DNA of 64,000 bases, taken from the NCBI GenBank assembly GCA_038138545.1, contig JAYQDX010000001.1, positions 7,750 through 71,749 of the forward strand, given 5' to 3'. The notes under the pieces are model-generated. The model did no database searches. It saw nothing but the letters and a program-made list of their open reading frames with translations, and was not told the origin of the DNA. The translations under genes were made by a program, and so were the position numbers. Position 1 is the first letter of the stretch. Every line of letters begins with the position of its first letter. Shown piece by piece: positions 18,918 through 28,762 of this stretch. The DNA is from Rhodobiaceae bacterium. GTDB taxonomy: Bacteria; Pseudomonadota; Alphaproteobacteria; Puniceispirillales; Puniceispirillaceae.

Positions 18918-20726
18918 ATGTCCGGCATCCGGCAACTCCCCGATACGCTGGTCGACCAGATCGCCGCCGGGGAGGTTGTCGAACGGCCGGCAAGTGCCCT
19001 CAAGGAGCTTGTTGAAAACGCACTTGATGCCGGCGCCCGCCGGATCGGGATCACCCTTCTGCGCGGCGGTATTGACGAGATCATCGTGAGTGATGACGGG
19101 CATGGCATGTCGCCGGGCGACCTGTCACTTGCCATCCGCCGCCATGCCACCTCCAAGCTTCCCGACAGCCGACTTGATGATATCCGGTTTCTCGGTTTCC
19201 GCGGCGAGGCGCTGCCCTCGATCGGTGCGGTGTCGCAGCTTGTGATCAGCTCGGTTACGGCCGATGCCGACCATGGCTGGCAAATCGGGGTCGATGCCGG
19301 CACTGTCACCGCCCCGCAGCCTGCCGCGCTTGATCGCGGCACGGTGGTCGAGGTGCGGCACCTGTTCAAGGCGGTGCCGGCGCGCCTGAAATTCCTGAAG
19401 ACCGAACGGACCGAACAGGGGCGTTGCCTGGATGTTGTCCGGCGACTCGCCATGGCATGGCCACAAGTGGCCTTCACGCTTGCCAGTGACGCAAGACAGC
19501 TTCTTGATCTGCCAGCGCAGGCTGAAGGCGATGCCGGGCAGCAGCGCCGTCTTGCCGAGATCATGGGGCGGACCTTCGGGGCCGAGGCGCTGGCAATCGA
19601 TGCCAGGCGGGACGAGGCGAGGCTTCGCGGGCTTGCCGGCCTGCCGACGATGAACCGCCCGACCGCGGCGTCGATCTTTCTGTTCGTGAATGGCCGCCCG
19701 GTGCAGGACCGCTCGCTTCTCGGTGCGGTGCGCGCCGGCTATGGCGACACGCTGCCACGCGGGCGCTATCCGATGGCGGTGCTGTTTCTCGAATTGCCGG
19801 CGGCGGCGCTCGACGTCAATGTTCATCCGGCAAAATCCGAAGTGCGGTTCCGTGACGCCGCCGGCGTGCGCTCGCTTCTTGTCGGCGCGATCTCGGCGCA
19901 GCTGCGGGATCATGGCGTTCAGACCACGGCCGAGGGTGCGGCCATGGCAACGCGCCTGTTCACCGGATCGGGCCAAGGCGGCGGCGGGTTCGCCGCGCCG
20001 CCGGCGGCAGGCTATGCCGGGCCGGTGGCCGACTGGCAGGCGCCGCTGTCGATGCCCGCACAATCATCACTCGCCGGCGATATGCCGCCCGCGGCGCCGG
20101 CCAGCGCCGGGCAGCCGGGTGACGGAGCTGATTCCGGGTTTGATGACACGCTCCTTGGCGCGGCGCGGGCACAGCTCCACAAGACCTACATCGTCGCCGA
20201 GACGCGCGATGGCATCACCATTATCGACCAGCATGCGGCGCATGAACGTCTTGTGATGGAGCGGATGAAGGCGTCGCTTGCCGCCGACGCGGTGGCGGTG
20301 CAGGCGCTGCTCATACCCGAGGTGGTCGATCTGCCGCCCGACCAGCGACAGGCACTTCTCGACGAGGCCGAATTCCTCGCCGGACTGGGGCTGGAAATCG
20401 AGGGGTTTGGCGAGGGCAGTATTCTGGTGCGCGGCATCCCGGCGCTGCTTGGCACGCCGGACGCGGCGCGGCTTGTCGGCGACATCGCCGAGGAACTTGT
20501 CGAACTTGGTGGCAGCCGGGTTCTGGAGGACAAGATCGCCCATGTTCTGGCGACTGTGGCCTGCCACGGGTCTGTGCGGGCCGGACGGCGGCTCAATGAC
20601 AGCGAGATGAACGCGCTTCTTCGCGAGATGGAGGAGACGCCGAATTCCGGCCAGTGCAACCATGGCCGGCCAACCTGGGTGCGGCTGTCCCTTGCCGATG
20701 TCGAGAGGCTGTTCGGGCGGCGTTGA
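18918..20726 (+). CDS. mutL: DNA mismatch repair endonuclease MutL
   Basis: IAAGEVVERP, GFRGEAL, DVNVHPAK, DQHAAHER, CNHGRP. Confidence 0.98.
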   Translation: MSGIRQLPDTLVDQIAAGEVVERPASALKELVENALDAGARRIGITLLRGGIDEIIVSDDGHGMSPGDLSLAIRRHATSKLPDSRLDDIRFLGFRGEALPSIGAVSQLVISSVTADADHGWQIGVDAGTVTAPQPAALDRGTVVEVRHLFKAVPARLKFLKTERTEQGRCLDVVRRLAMAWPQVAFTLASDARQLLDLPAQAEGDAGQQRRLAEIMGRTFGAEALAIDARRDEARLRGLAGLPTMNRPTAASIFLFVNGRPVQDRSLLGAVRAGYGDTLPRGRYPMAVLFLELPAAALDVNVHPAKSEVRFRDAAGVRSLLVGAISAQLRDHGVQTTAEGAAMATRLFTGSGQGGGGFAAPPAAGYAGPVADWQAPLSMPAQSSLAGDMPPAAPASAGQPGDGADSGFDDTLLGAARAQLHKTYIVAETRDGITIIDQHAAHERLVMERMKASLAADAVAVQALLIPEVVDLPPDQRQALLDEAEFLAGLGLEIEGFGEGSILVRGIPALLGTPDAARLVGDIAEELVELGGSRVLEDKIAHVLATVACHGSVRAGRRLNDSEMNALLREMEETPNSGQCNHGRPTWVRLSLADVERLFGRR

Positions 20727-20735
20727 CAGGCATCG

Positions 20736-21305
20736 TCAATCTGCAGCCTGAAGGAAGTGCAGCCTGGCGCGGCCGTAGCGGCGCGTATCGATCGGTGTCA
20801 TCCCGCACCCTGCCACCGCCTCCGGTTCTGTCTGCTCCGATGCTCCGGTTTCCAGAATGACCAGCGCGCCGGGTGCCAGCGCGCCGATCCGGGCCAACTG
20901 ACCCGCCGCGGCAAGGCCGTCACCGCTGCCATAGGGCGCGTCGGCGAACATCAGCGAGGCAGGCGCGTCCCGCCAGCTGGCAAGGTTCAGCGCATCACCG
21001 GCGATCACCCGGCTGTCGGCCGTGCGGTCAAGGCGGGCGATATTGGCGCGCAGCACCGCCAGCGCGTCCCTGTCGCGTTCGATGAAACTGCCATGCGCCG
21101 CACCGCGCGACAGCGCCTCCAGCCCGAGCGCGCCGGTGCCGGCAAAGGCATCGATGACAATGGCACCGGCCAGCACATCGCCAAAGCGACCGCCTTCCAG
21201 AATGTTGAAGAGCGATTCGCGCACCCGGTCGCCGGTCGGTCTTGTGTCAGCGCCGACGGGCCGGGCCAGCTTTGTGCCGCGATGGCGGCCGGCGATGATC
21301 CGCAT
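20736..21305 (-). CDS. rsmD: 16S rRNA m2G966 methyltransferase
   Basis: MRIIAG, TRPT.DRVRESLFN, DAFAGTGALGLEALSRGA, DAPY. Confidence 0.93.
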   Translation of the reverse strand: MRIIAGRHRGTKLARPVGADTRPTGDRVRESLFNILEGGRFGDVLAGAIVIDAFAGTGALGLEALSRGAAHGSFIERDRDALAVLRANIARLDRTADSRVIAGDALNLASWRDAPASLMFADAPYGSGDGLAAAGQLARIGALAPGALVILETGASEQTEPEAVAGCGMTPIDTRRYGRARLHFLQAAD

Positions 21306-22137
21306 TTCGTGGTCCTTTTGATGGTGTCTTGCGTTGGCGCACGGCGGCGTGCGCTGAGCCACCGCCGTCTGTCGCCCCGGTATCCGGCGCGAGGCCAAGC
21401 TGGTCGGCAAGCACCCTTGGTTTCACCGGCTCAACGCCGCCGGATGGCAGGTCGCCAAGCTGGAAGGGGCCGTAGGATAGCCGGATCAGGCGGCTGACCT
21501 GATGGCCGAGATATTCCATGATCCGGCGCACCTCGCGGTTCTTGCCCTCACGAATGGCGATGGTCAGCCAGGCATTGCTGGCCATCTGCCGGTCAAGCTG
21601 TGCCGCCACCTTGCCATAGCGGATGCCATCGATGGTGATGCCGTCGGCCAGCCCCGGCAGCGCCTCCGGGTCCACCCGGCCCTGCACCCGCACGCGGTAT
21701 TTGCGGCTCCATCCGGTGCTGGGAAGCTCCAGGTGGCGCGCCAGCCCCCCATCATTGGTCAGCAGCAGCAGACCCTCGGAATCAAGGTCCAGCCTGCCGA
21801 CGGTCAGTACCCGCGGCATGCTATCGGGGAGCGTGTCGAAAATGGTCTGACGCCCCTTATCATCGCGGGCGCTGACAATCAGGCCGCGCGGCTTGTGGTA
21901 ACGCCACAGACGCGCCGGCTGGCGTGCCGGCAGCGGCTTGCCGTCAATCGTGATGCTGTCCGAAGCGCTGACATTCAGTGCCGGACTGGTCACCGTCTCG
22001 CCATTCACCGTCACCCGCCCGTCCTCGATGCGGCGTTCAGCCTCGCGGCGCGAGCAGATGCCTGCCCGCGCGATATGCTTGGCGATCCGTTCCGGCGCGG
22101 CGGCGGCGTCGAGGGTGAAGGGTTCTTTGTCACTCAT
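21247..22137 (-). CDS. rluB: Pseudouridine synthase with S4 domain (RluB/RsuA family)
   Basis: ERIAK..ARAG.CSRR, YHKPRG, VGRLD, EGKNREVRR. Confidence 0.9.
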   Translation of the reverse strand: MSDKEPFTLDAAAAPERIAKHIARAGICSRREAERRIEDGRVTVNGETVTSPALNVSASDSITIDGKPLPARQPARLWRYHKPRGLIVSARDDKGRQTIFDTLPDSMPRVLTVGRLDLDSEGLLLLTNDGGLARHLELPSTGWSRKYRVRVQGRVDPEALPGLADGITIDGIRYGKVAAQLDRQMASNAWLTIAIREGKNREVRRIMEYLGHQVSRLIRLSYGPFQLGDLPSGGVEPVKPRVLADQLGLAPDTGATDGGGSAHAAVRQRKTPSKGPRNADHRRPPSRHKAGPARRR

Positions 22138-22144
22138 GACGCCC

Positions 22145-22196
22145 GTGTTACGCGCAATTCCCGCGCTTTGCAAATCACCGGCGGCTGTGCCACAAA
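22145..22196. promoter_or_regulatory. Divergent promoter pair sharing a palindromic -35 (TTGCAA)
   Basis: TTGCAA at 22168-22173 with 17-nt spacers on both sides, to CACAAA (+) and TAACAC (-); ATGs follow 6 and 7 nt later. Confidence 0.45.
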
Positions 22197-22202
22197 TTCG
22201 GC

Positions 22203-22664
22203 ATGAACGGACCGACCGACCGCCCCGATATCATGGCGCTGATTCTGGCTGAGGCCGAGGCCGCCGGCGCCGCTGGAGAGGTGCCGGTCGCCGCCGCCGT
22301 GACCGATCGGTGGGGTGCTGTCATAGCCATGGCGCAGAACCGCATGAAGCGGGAGTCCAACGCCTTGCGTCATGCCGAGCTGGTGGCGCTTGAGATGGCG
22401 ATGGCGGCGCGTGGCGCGGAACGGCTCGATGGATGCGATCTGTGGGTGACGCTGGAACCCTGCACGATGTGCGCCGGCGCGATAGCGCATGCGCGGATCA
22501 GGAGGCTCTATTTCGCCGCCCGCGATGCCAAGGCCGGCGCGGTTGAGTCCGGTGTCAGATTTTTCGACAGCGCCGCCTGCCACCACCGGCCGGAAATCTA
22601 TGGCGGCCTGTCCGAAACAAGGGCGGCGGCGCTGCTGCGTGATTTCTTCGCGGCGCGACGCTAG
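22203..22664 (+). CDS. tadA: tRNA adenosine(34) deaminase
   Basis: GEVPV, HAE, TLEPCTMCAGA, FF...R. Confidence 0.9.
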   Translation: MNGPTDRPDIMALILAEAEAAGAAGEVPVAAAVTDRWGAVIAMAQNRMKRESNALRHAELVALEMAMAARGAERLDGCDLWVTLEPCTMCAGAIAHARIRRLYFAARDAKAGAVESGVRFFDSAACHHRPEIYGGLSETRAAALLRDFFAARR

Positions 22665-22685
22665 CCGCCCGGACAAGGCGATACA

Positions 22686-23942
22686 TCAGGTGGTGGCGAT
22701 ATCCCGGCGACAGAACCCTTCCGGCCAGTCAATGGCATCGACCGCCTTATAGGCGGCATCGCGGGCCGCACTCACATCCAGACCAAGCCCGGTGACCGCC
22801 AGAACACGCCCACCGGCGGCGCGCAGCGTGCCGTCAGCATCGATGGTCGTGCCGGCATGGAACAGGATTACATCATCGCCGGCAGCGGCCTCGGTCCCGC
22901 TGATGACGCTGCCCTTTTCATAGGCGCCCGGATAGCCCTTTGTCGCCATTACAACCGTCACCGCGGCGCTGTCATCCCAGCGAAGCGAGAGATGCCCGAG
23001 GCTGCCTTCGATGGTGCCAAGCATCGCCGCCACCAAATCGGAGCGGAGCCGCGGCAGGATGACCTGCGCCTCGGGATCGCCAAGGCGGCAGTTGAATTCG
23101 ATCACCTGCGGGCCGGTATCGGTCAGCATCAGCCCGACATAAAGGATGCCCCGATAGGGCGTGCCCTCGGCGGCCATGCCTCGGGCAAGCGGGGTGACGA
23201 TGTCATCCATCACCCGGTCTTTCAGATCCTCGGTCAGGCGCGGCGCCGGCGAGACCGCGCCCATGCCGCCGGTGTTTGGCCCCCGGTCACCGTCAAAGGC
23301 GCGTTTGTGGTCCTGCGCGCTGCCCATGAACAGCGCGTCTGGCCCGTCGATCAGCGCGAACAGCGAAGCCTCGGGTCCGGCAATCCGTTCCTCGATCAGC
23401 AGGGTCATGCCCGCGTCACCAAACCGGCCATCCAGCATCCCGGCCGCCGCTGACCGCGCCTCGTCGGCATCGTCGGCGACGACAACGCCCTTGCCGGCAG
23501 CCAGCCCGTCAGCCTTCACGACACAAGCACCGCCGACGGCGGTGATGGCGGCGGTGGCGCTGTCCAGATCACGGCAGACTGTGAATCCCGGCTGCGGAAT
23601 GCCGAAACGCGCGCAGGCCTCGCGGGCGAATGCCTTCGAGCCTTCAAGCTGCGCCGCGGCGGCGGTCGGGCCGAAGGCCGCGTGGCCGGCGGCGGTCAGC
23701 CTGTCGACAAGACCGGCGACAAGCGGCGCTTCCGGACCGACAACGACCAGGTCGGGGCGGATGTCGTCGGCCAGCGCCAGCAGCCCGTCAAGGTCCTCGG
23801 CGCCGACATCGACGCAGCGGCCGAGCGATTCCATGGCGGCGCTTCCCGGCGCGATGATCAGCTCTTCGGTCAGCGGCGAGCCGGCAATCGCCCAGGCCAG
23901 CGCGTGTTCGCGGCCGCCGCTGCCGATCAGAAGTATTTTCAT
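22686..23942 (-). CDS. purD: Phosphoribosylamine--glycine ligase
   Basis: GSGGREHAL, GPEAPL, LEGSK, KADGLAAGKGV, GPNTGGMG, EFNCRLGDPE. Confidence 0.97.
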   Translation of the reverse strand: MKILLIGSGGREHALAWAIAGSPLTEELIIAPGSAAMESLGRCVDVGAEDLDGLLALADDIRPDLVVVGPEAPLVAGLVDRLTAAGHAAFGPTAAAAQLEGSKAFAREACARFGIPQPGFTVCRDLDSATAAITAVGGACVVKADGLAAGKGVVVADDADEARSAAAGMLDGRFGDAGMTLLIEERIAGPEASLFALIDGPDALFMGSAQDHKRAFDGDRGPNTGGMGAVSPAPRLTEDLKDRVMDDIVTPLARGMAAEGTPYRGILYVGLMLTDTGPQVIEFNCRLGDPEAQVILPRLRSDLVAAMLGTIEGSLGHLSLRWDDSAAVTVVMATKGYPGAYEKGSVISGTEAAAGDDVILFHAGTTIDADGTLRAAGGRVLAVTGLGLDVSAARDAAYKAVDAIDWPEGFCRRDIATT

Positions 23943-24033
23943 CTTTTGATCCTTCTGGTGGATGGCGGGCAGGATGGCTTGCCCACGGCGCAATATGGCA
24001 TAAGATTGGACAGGTGAGAAAGGGGTCCAGCCC

Positions 24034-25539
24034 ATGCAAGAAGACAGTTCCGGCGCGACCGGTGGCGAGGCCGCCGAGGCAGGCTCCAACGCACCGCCCT
24101 TCCTGACCGTCACCGAGCTTGCGCAGCGGCTCAAGGCCACCGTTGAAAGCCAGTTCGATTTCGTGCGGATCAGGGCGGAAATCTCGCGCCCGACGAGGGC
24201 CGCTTCCGGCCATCTCTATTTCACCCTGAAGGATGAGCGGAACACGCTTGACGGTGTCTGCTGGAAAATGGTCGCCGGGTCGCTTGGCGTGCAGCCCGAG
24301 GAAGGGCTGGAGGTGATCGTCACCGGCAAGCTGACAATCTATGGCGGGCGCTCGAAATACCAGATTGTCGTGCAGACGATGGAAATGGCCGGCGAAGGCG
24401 CGATGCTGAAGCAGCTTGAGGAGCGCCGCCGCCGTCTCGCCGCCGAGGGGCTGTTCGACCCTGAACGCAAACAGCCGATCCCGCGCATGCCGGCGGTGAT
24501 CGGCGTCGTGACAAGCCCGACCGGCGCCGTCATCCGCGATATCCTGCACCGTCTCACCGACCGGTTCGGGGTGCGGGTGCTGCTCTGGGGAACGCTTGTC
24601 CAGGGGCCGGATGCGGCCGGACAGGTGGCGCGCGCCATTCGCGGGTTCGATTCGATACCGGCAAATGGACCGGCAAATGGACCGGGGGATGGGTTGGCGG
24701 ATGGTGGCCTGCCGCGACCCGATCTGGTGATCGTGGCGCGCGGTGGCGGCTCGCTGGAGGATCTCTGGGCCTTCAATGAGGAAGAGGTGGTGCGGGCGGT
24801 GGCGGATTGCCGGATCCCGCTGATCTCGGCCATTGGCCATGAAACCGATACCACGCTGATCGACTTCGCCGCCGACCAGCGCGCGCCGACACCAACCGCC
24901 GCCGCCGAAATGGCGGTGCCGGTGCGGGCCGATCTGATGTCACGCATCGCCGAGATCGAGGCGCGGATCCGCAGCGGCATCGCGCAGCGGCTGGAGCAGG
25001 CGACACAGGCACTTCGCGCCGCCGAGCGCGGTCTTCTCAACCCGGCAGAGATGGTCGAGCGACGGGCGCAGACGGTCGATCTTGCTGTTGCCGGGCTTGA
25101 GCGAGGATTGCAGCAGCGGCTGTCGGCGGCGGCGCTTCGGCTGACTGATCTGGGTGCGCGGCTTCGCCCGCCCGAACGGCGTTTTGCCGAGGTTGCCGCC
25201 GAGCTTGGCAATCTTGGCTCGCGGCTTGACCACGCGATGGGCCTGCAGCTTGACAGGCAGGGCGCGGCGCTCGACCAGAGCGGCCGCCTGCTGGAGGCGA
25301 ACTCGTTCCAGCGTGTCCTCGAGAGGGGCTTTGCCCTTGTCACCGCCGGTGACGGCACGCCGGTGAAGCGCGCCGCCGAGGCACCCGACGGTGCCGAGGT
25401 CCAGCTGCGTTTCGCCGATGGCAACAGGGCGGCGCGCCTTGACCCTGACACCGCCCAGGCGGCAAGGCCGGCGAAACCGGCCCGTGCCCGCAAGGCCGCC
25501 GCGAAGCCGCCCGCCGATTCGCAGGACAGCCTCTTCTGA
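24034..25539 (+). CDS. xseA: Exodeoxyribonuclease VII large subunit
   Basis: SGHLYFTLKD, TSPTGAVIRD, ARGGGSLEDLWAFN, GHETD, PTPTAAAE. Confidence 0.97.
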   Translation: MQEDSSGATGGEAAEAGSNAPPFLTVTELAQRLKATVESQFDFVRIRAEISRPTRAASGHLYFTLKDERNTLDGVCWKMVAGSLGVQPEEGLEVIVTGKLTIYGGRSKYQIVVQTMEMAGEGAMLKQLEERRRRLAAEGLFDPERKQPIPRMPAVIGVVTSPTGAVIRDILHRLTDRFGVRVLLWGTLVQGPDAAGQVARAIRGFDSIPANGPANGPGDGLADGGLPRPDLVIVARGGGSLEDLWAFNEEEVVRAVADCRIPLISAIGHETDTTLIDFAADQRAPTPTAAAEMAVPVRADLMSRIAEIEARIRSGIAQRLEQATQALRAAERGLLNPAEMVERRAQTVDLAVAGLERGLQQRLSAAALRLTDLGARLRPPERRFAEVAAELGNLGSRLDHAMGLQLDRQGAALDQSGRLLEANSFQRVLERGFALVTAGDGTPVKRAAEAPDGAEVQLRFADGNRAARLDPDTAQAARPAKPARARKAAAKPPADSQDSLF

Positions 25540-25561
25540 CACAGCGCCGGATGTTGCGGTG

Positions 25562-26482
25562 TCAGGAGGGGGGCTGGATGTCCTTTCCCCAGCGCCGATG
25601 TGGCCAGAACCATTGTTCAGGGGTTTCCCTGATCCAGCCCTCGATGGTGCGGTTGATCTCGGTGGCCATGGCCAATACCGAGTCATCATCATCATGGTCG
25701 GGAAGCGCGATCGGCGGTGAGATGGAGACCCTGAAGCGGCTTCCCGACAGCCGCCTCGTGCGCATATAGATCAACGGCACCTGTTTCCTGATCGCCAGTT
25801 TCACATGGCTGATCGAGGTCTGCGCCGGATGTCCGAAGAACGGGACCGCCATGCCCTCGCGAAGCTGCTGGTCGACAAGAAGGCACATCACCTGACCCTT
25901 GCGCAATGTGCTGACCATGCCAAGCGCCGCCTCGCGCCCCTTGCGGTAGATATCGCCGCCATAATTGGCCTGACGCCGTGCCAGAAGCCAGGCAAGAAGC
26001 TGGTTGTTCAGCGGCCGGTAGATGGCCGCCACCTTGTGGCCTTCCTTCAGCGCGGCATAGGGTCCAAGTTCCCAATTGCCGATATGCGCGCCAATCAGGA
26101 ACGCGCCGCTATCAAGGTCGCGCAGATGTTCCAGCCCCTCGAACTCGATTCGGCCAAGCCCGACCATGCGGTGGATATGCGGAAACTCGCCAATGACACG
26201 TCCAAGGTTCCACCACATGCCGCTCAGAACGCGCTGGCGCTCGGCTTCTGCCATGTCGGGCAGGGCCAGCTTCATGTTGCGCGCGGCGCGGCCATGCCAG
26301 GGTGTCAGCGGGCCGATCACGGCGAACAATCCCCCCATGGCCGCGCTGGCAACGGGGAGGGGGAGCAGCCGGGCGACACCGAAGATCAGCACGACAAGCG
26401 CGGCTTCAAGCGGCCAGATGAAGATACGGCGGAAACCGCGGACAAGCGCCCGCCCCCATTCGGTGTTGCGCAGGCTAGCCAT
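25562..26482 (-). CDS. lpxL: Lipid A lauroyl/late acyltransferase
   Basis: HIGNWE, DQ, PFFG, PEQWFWPHRRW. Confidence 0.88.
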   Translation of the reverse strand: MASLRNTEWGRALVRGFRRIFIWPLEAALVVLIFGVARLLPLPVASAAMGGLFAVIGPLTPWHGRAARNMKLALPDMAEAERQRVLSGMWWNLGRVIGEFPHIHRMVGLGRIEFEGLEHLRDLDSGAFLIGAHIGNWELGPYAALKEGHKVAAIYRPLNNQLLAWLLARRQANYGGDIYRKGREAALGMVSTLRKGQVMCLLVDQQLREGMAVPFFGHPAQTSISHVKLAIRKQVPLIYMRTRRLSGSRFRVSISPPIALPDHDDDDSVLAMATEINRTIEGWIRETPEQWFWPHRRWGKDIQPPS

Positions 26483-27482
26483 CGGCGGGGTTTCCATGCC
26501 CGGCGGCGGCCAGCCGTGCCGCGACGGCGTCGAGAAACCCGGTCTCGTCATCCATATCCACACTGACCGGCAGCATGGCGACTCGGGCCCGCCAGTCGGC
26601 AGGAAGCCGCATCCAGTCCTTCTGCGTGGTGATCATCTCGGCACCGTGACGTTGCGCGTCCTCCTGAATCTGCGCAAGGTCCTGCTGCGAATAGGGGTGA
26701 TGATCGGCGAAGGACAGTTTTTTCGCGATCTGACCGCCAAGCGACTCGATGCCGGCAAAGAATCGCGCCGGCCGGCCAATGCCGGCAAAGGCCAGCAACG
26801 GCGTGTCGGCAAGCGCCTCGATGACGCCGGCCTCGGGGCGCAATGCCGCGTCAAAGACCGGCAGCTTGCTGGCGATCCGGGGTCGCAGGGCGGTTTCGTC
26901 CTCGCCATTGATCACCACCATGTCAAGCTGGTCCAGCCCGCTGGCAAAAGGCGTGCGAAGTGGTCCCGCCGGGATCAGCCAGCCATTGCCGATGCCACTG
27001 CCGCCGTCAAACACCCCGATTGTCAGCGTGCGTTGCAGCGTCGGGTTCTGCATCCCGTCATCCATGATGATGACATCATGCGTTCCGCTGGCGGCGATGG
27101 CGCGGGCCCCGGCGGCGCGGTCGCGCGCCACCATTACCGCCCGCCCGTCGGCCAGCATCAGCGGCTCATCACCACAAAGGCCGGCATCATGCTCGGCAGG
27201 GTCGACCCAGAGCGGGCCGGCGGCGCTGCCACCATAGCCGCGGGTGAGGATGGCCGGCCGCCATCCGCGCTCGTTCATGCGATCGGCAAGCCAGCCGACA
27301 AGTGGCGTCTTTCCTGTTCCCCCGGCTGTCAGATTGCCGACGCAGACCACCGGAATGGCCGGCTTGTAGGGCCGCGCTGTCGCCTGTTTCACCGCGCTTG
27401 CCGCCCGCCACAGCCATGTCAGTGGCAGCAGGGCGATGGCGGCGCCGCCGCGGTGGCTCCAGAATGCCGGCGTTTTCATCAT
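26475..27482 (-). CDS. lpxK: Tetraacyldisaccharide 4'-kinase
   Basis: VGNLTAGGTGKTP, RGYGG, GDEP, DDGMQN, PAGPLR, FADHH. Confidence 0.96.
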   Translation of the reverse strand: MMKTPAFWSHRGGAAIALLPLTWLWRAASAVKQATARPYKPAIPVVCVGNLTAGGTGKTPLVGWLADRMNERGWRPAILTRGYGGSAAGPLWVDPAEHDAGLCGDEPLMLADGRAVMVARDRAAGARAIAASGTHDVIIMDDGMQNPTLQRTLTIGVFDGGSGIGNGWLIPAGPLRTPFASGLDQLDMVVINGEDETALRPRIASKLPVFDAALRPEAGVIEALADTPLLAFAGIGRPARFFAGIESLGGQIAKKLSFADHHPYSQQDLAQIQEDAQRHGAEMITTQKDWMRLPADWRARVAMLPVSVDMDDETGFLDAVAARLAAAGHGNPADG

Positions 27483-28762
27483 GATGTGCTGTCCGCCCGG
27501 TCGATCAGTTCAAGACAGGAGTCTGCCGCGAATTCGGGGCGCTTTCCAGTCTGCGCCGCATAATCGCGCGCCGCCCGCGCGATCTGCCTCAGCCGACCGG
27601 CATCATCGGTGATCTGACGGGCGGTCGCCGCGAGGCCGGCCGCGTCACTGATCTCGCTGACCACACCGACCGCTGACAGGCCGGCGAACTCGGCGCGGTT
27701 CTTGTGGACATGCGGCCCGGTGATGATGGGCAGCCCATGCGCCGCCGGCTCGACCGGATTGTGGCCGCCAAGCGGCTGCAGCGAGCCACCGAGAAAGACA
27801 ATGTCGGCGATGCTGAACAGGCTGTCCATCTCGCCAAGCGTGTCGGCGATATAGAGGCTGTCGCCAGGTGCCGCCGCCGCGCCAGTGCCGCGCCGCGCCG
27901 CGGTGAACCCGGCCGCCGCGCATTGTGATGCTACCGCGCCGCCGCGTTCGGGATGGCGCGGGGCGATGATTGTGAACCAGCTGTCACCAAGCGCCGCGGC
28001 GGCCGCAATAACCGTGCTGTCCTCACCGGCATGCGTCGAGGCGGCAAGAAGGATCCGTCTGTCGCCAGCAGCCTGTCGCAGCATCGATACGAGGCGGTCA
28101 TCGATATCGCCCCGCGGCGGGGGCAGCTTCAGCGACCCGCCGATCTGCACATTCTGCGGGTTTTTGCCAAGTTTGCCGAATCTGTCGGCCTGCTCCGCAT
28201 CAACAGCCAGGACAAGCTCCGGCGCGCTGAAGACGGCGCCGGCGAGGGCGCTCTGGCGCTGCCAGCGGGTGAAGGCGCGGTCCGACAGCTGCGCCGAGAC
28301 AAGAGCCACCGGCACGCCTGACCCTGCGGTGCGGGTGATCAGATTGGGCCAGAAATCGGATTCGAGGAACAGCGCCATCCGTGGCCGGACACGCCGCAGG
28401 AATCTGTCAATCATGTCGGGGTGATCAAGCGGTTGATAGAGATGCGTCAGTCCAAGGTCGGCCGGTTGCGCGGCAATGCGCGCGGCCGCGGTGACCGTAT
28501 TGGTCGTCACCAGTAGCGGTATCGCCGGCCGACGCAGATGAAGCGCCCGTGCCAGAGCCACCGCGCCGACACTCTCGCCGACACTGACGGCATGGATCCA
28601 GATCGGTGAGGCTGGCAGGTCGGTATGCCCGTCGAGGCGGCCATAGCGCTCGGCAAGTCGTGAGTGGTCCTCCTTGCCGGCGGCGGCGCGCCGTTTCAGA
28701 ATGAAGGGAAGGGCCGGACGCGCCAGCCGCCACATCAGATTGTAGGATGCCGGCAGGGTCAT
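27479..28762 (-). CDS. waaA: 3-deoxy-D-manno-octulosonic acid transferase
   Basis: WIHAVSVGE, ESDFWPN, AASTH.GE, PRHPER, DTLGEM, GGHNPVEP. Confidence 0.96.
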   Translation of the reverse strand: MTLPASYNLMWRLARPALPFILKRRAAAGKEDHSRLAERYGRLDGHTDLPASPIWIHAVSVGESVGAVALARALHLRRPAIPLLVTTNTVTAAARIAAQPADLGLTHLYQPLDHPDMIDRFLRRVRPRMALFLESDFWPNLITRTAGSGVPVALVSAQLSDRAFTRWQRQSALAGAVFSAPELVLAVDAEQADRFGKLGKNPQNVQIGGSLKLPPPRGDIDDRLVSMLRQAAGDRRILLAASTHAGEDSTVIAAAAALGDSWFTIIAPRHPERGGAVASQCAAAGFTAARRGTGAAAAPGDSLYIADTLGEMDSLFSIADIVFLGGSLQPLGGHNPVEPAAHGLPIITGPHVHKNRAEFAGLSAVGVVSEISDAAGLAATARQITDDAGRLRQIARAARDYAAQTGKRPEFAADSCLELIDRADSTS

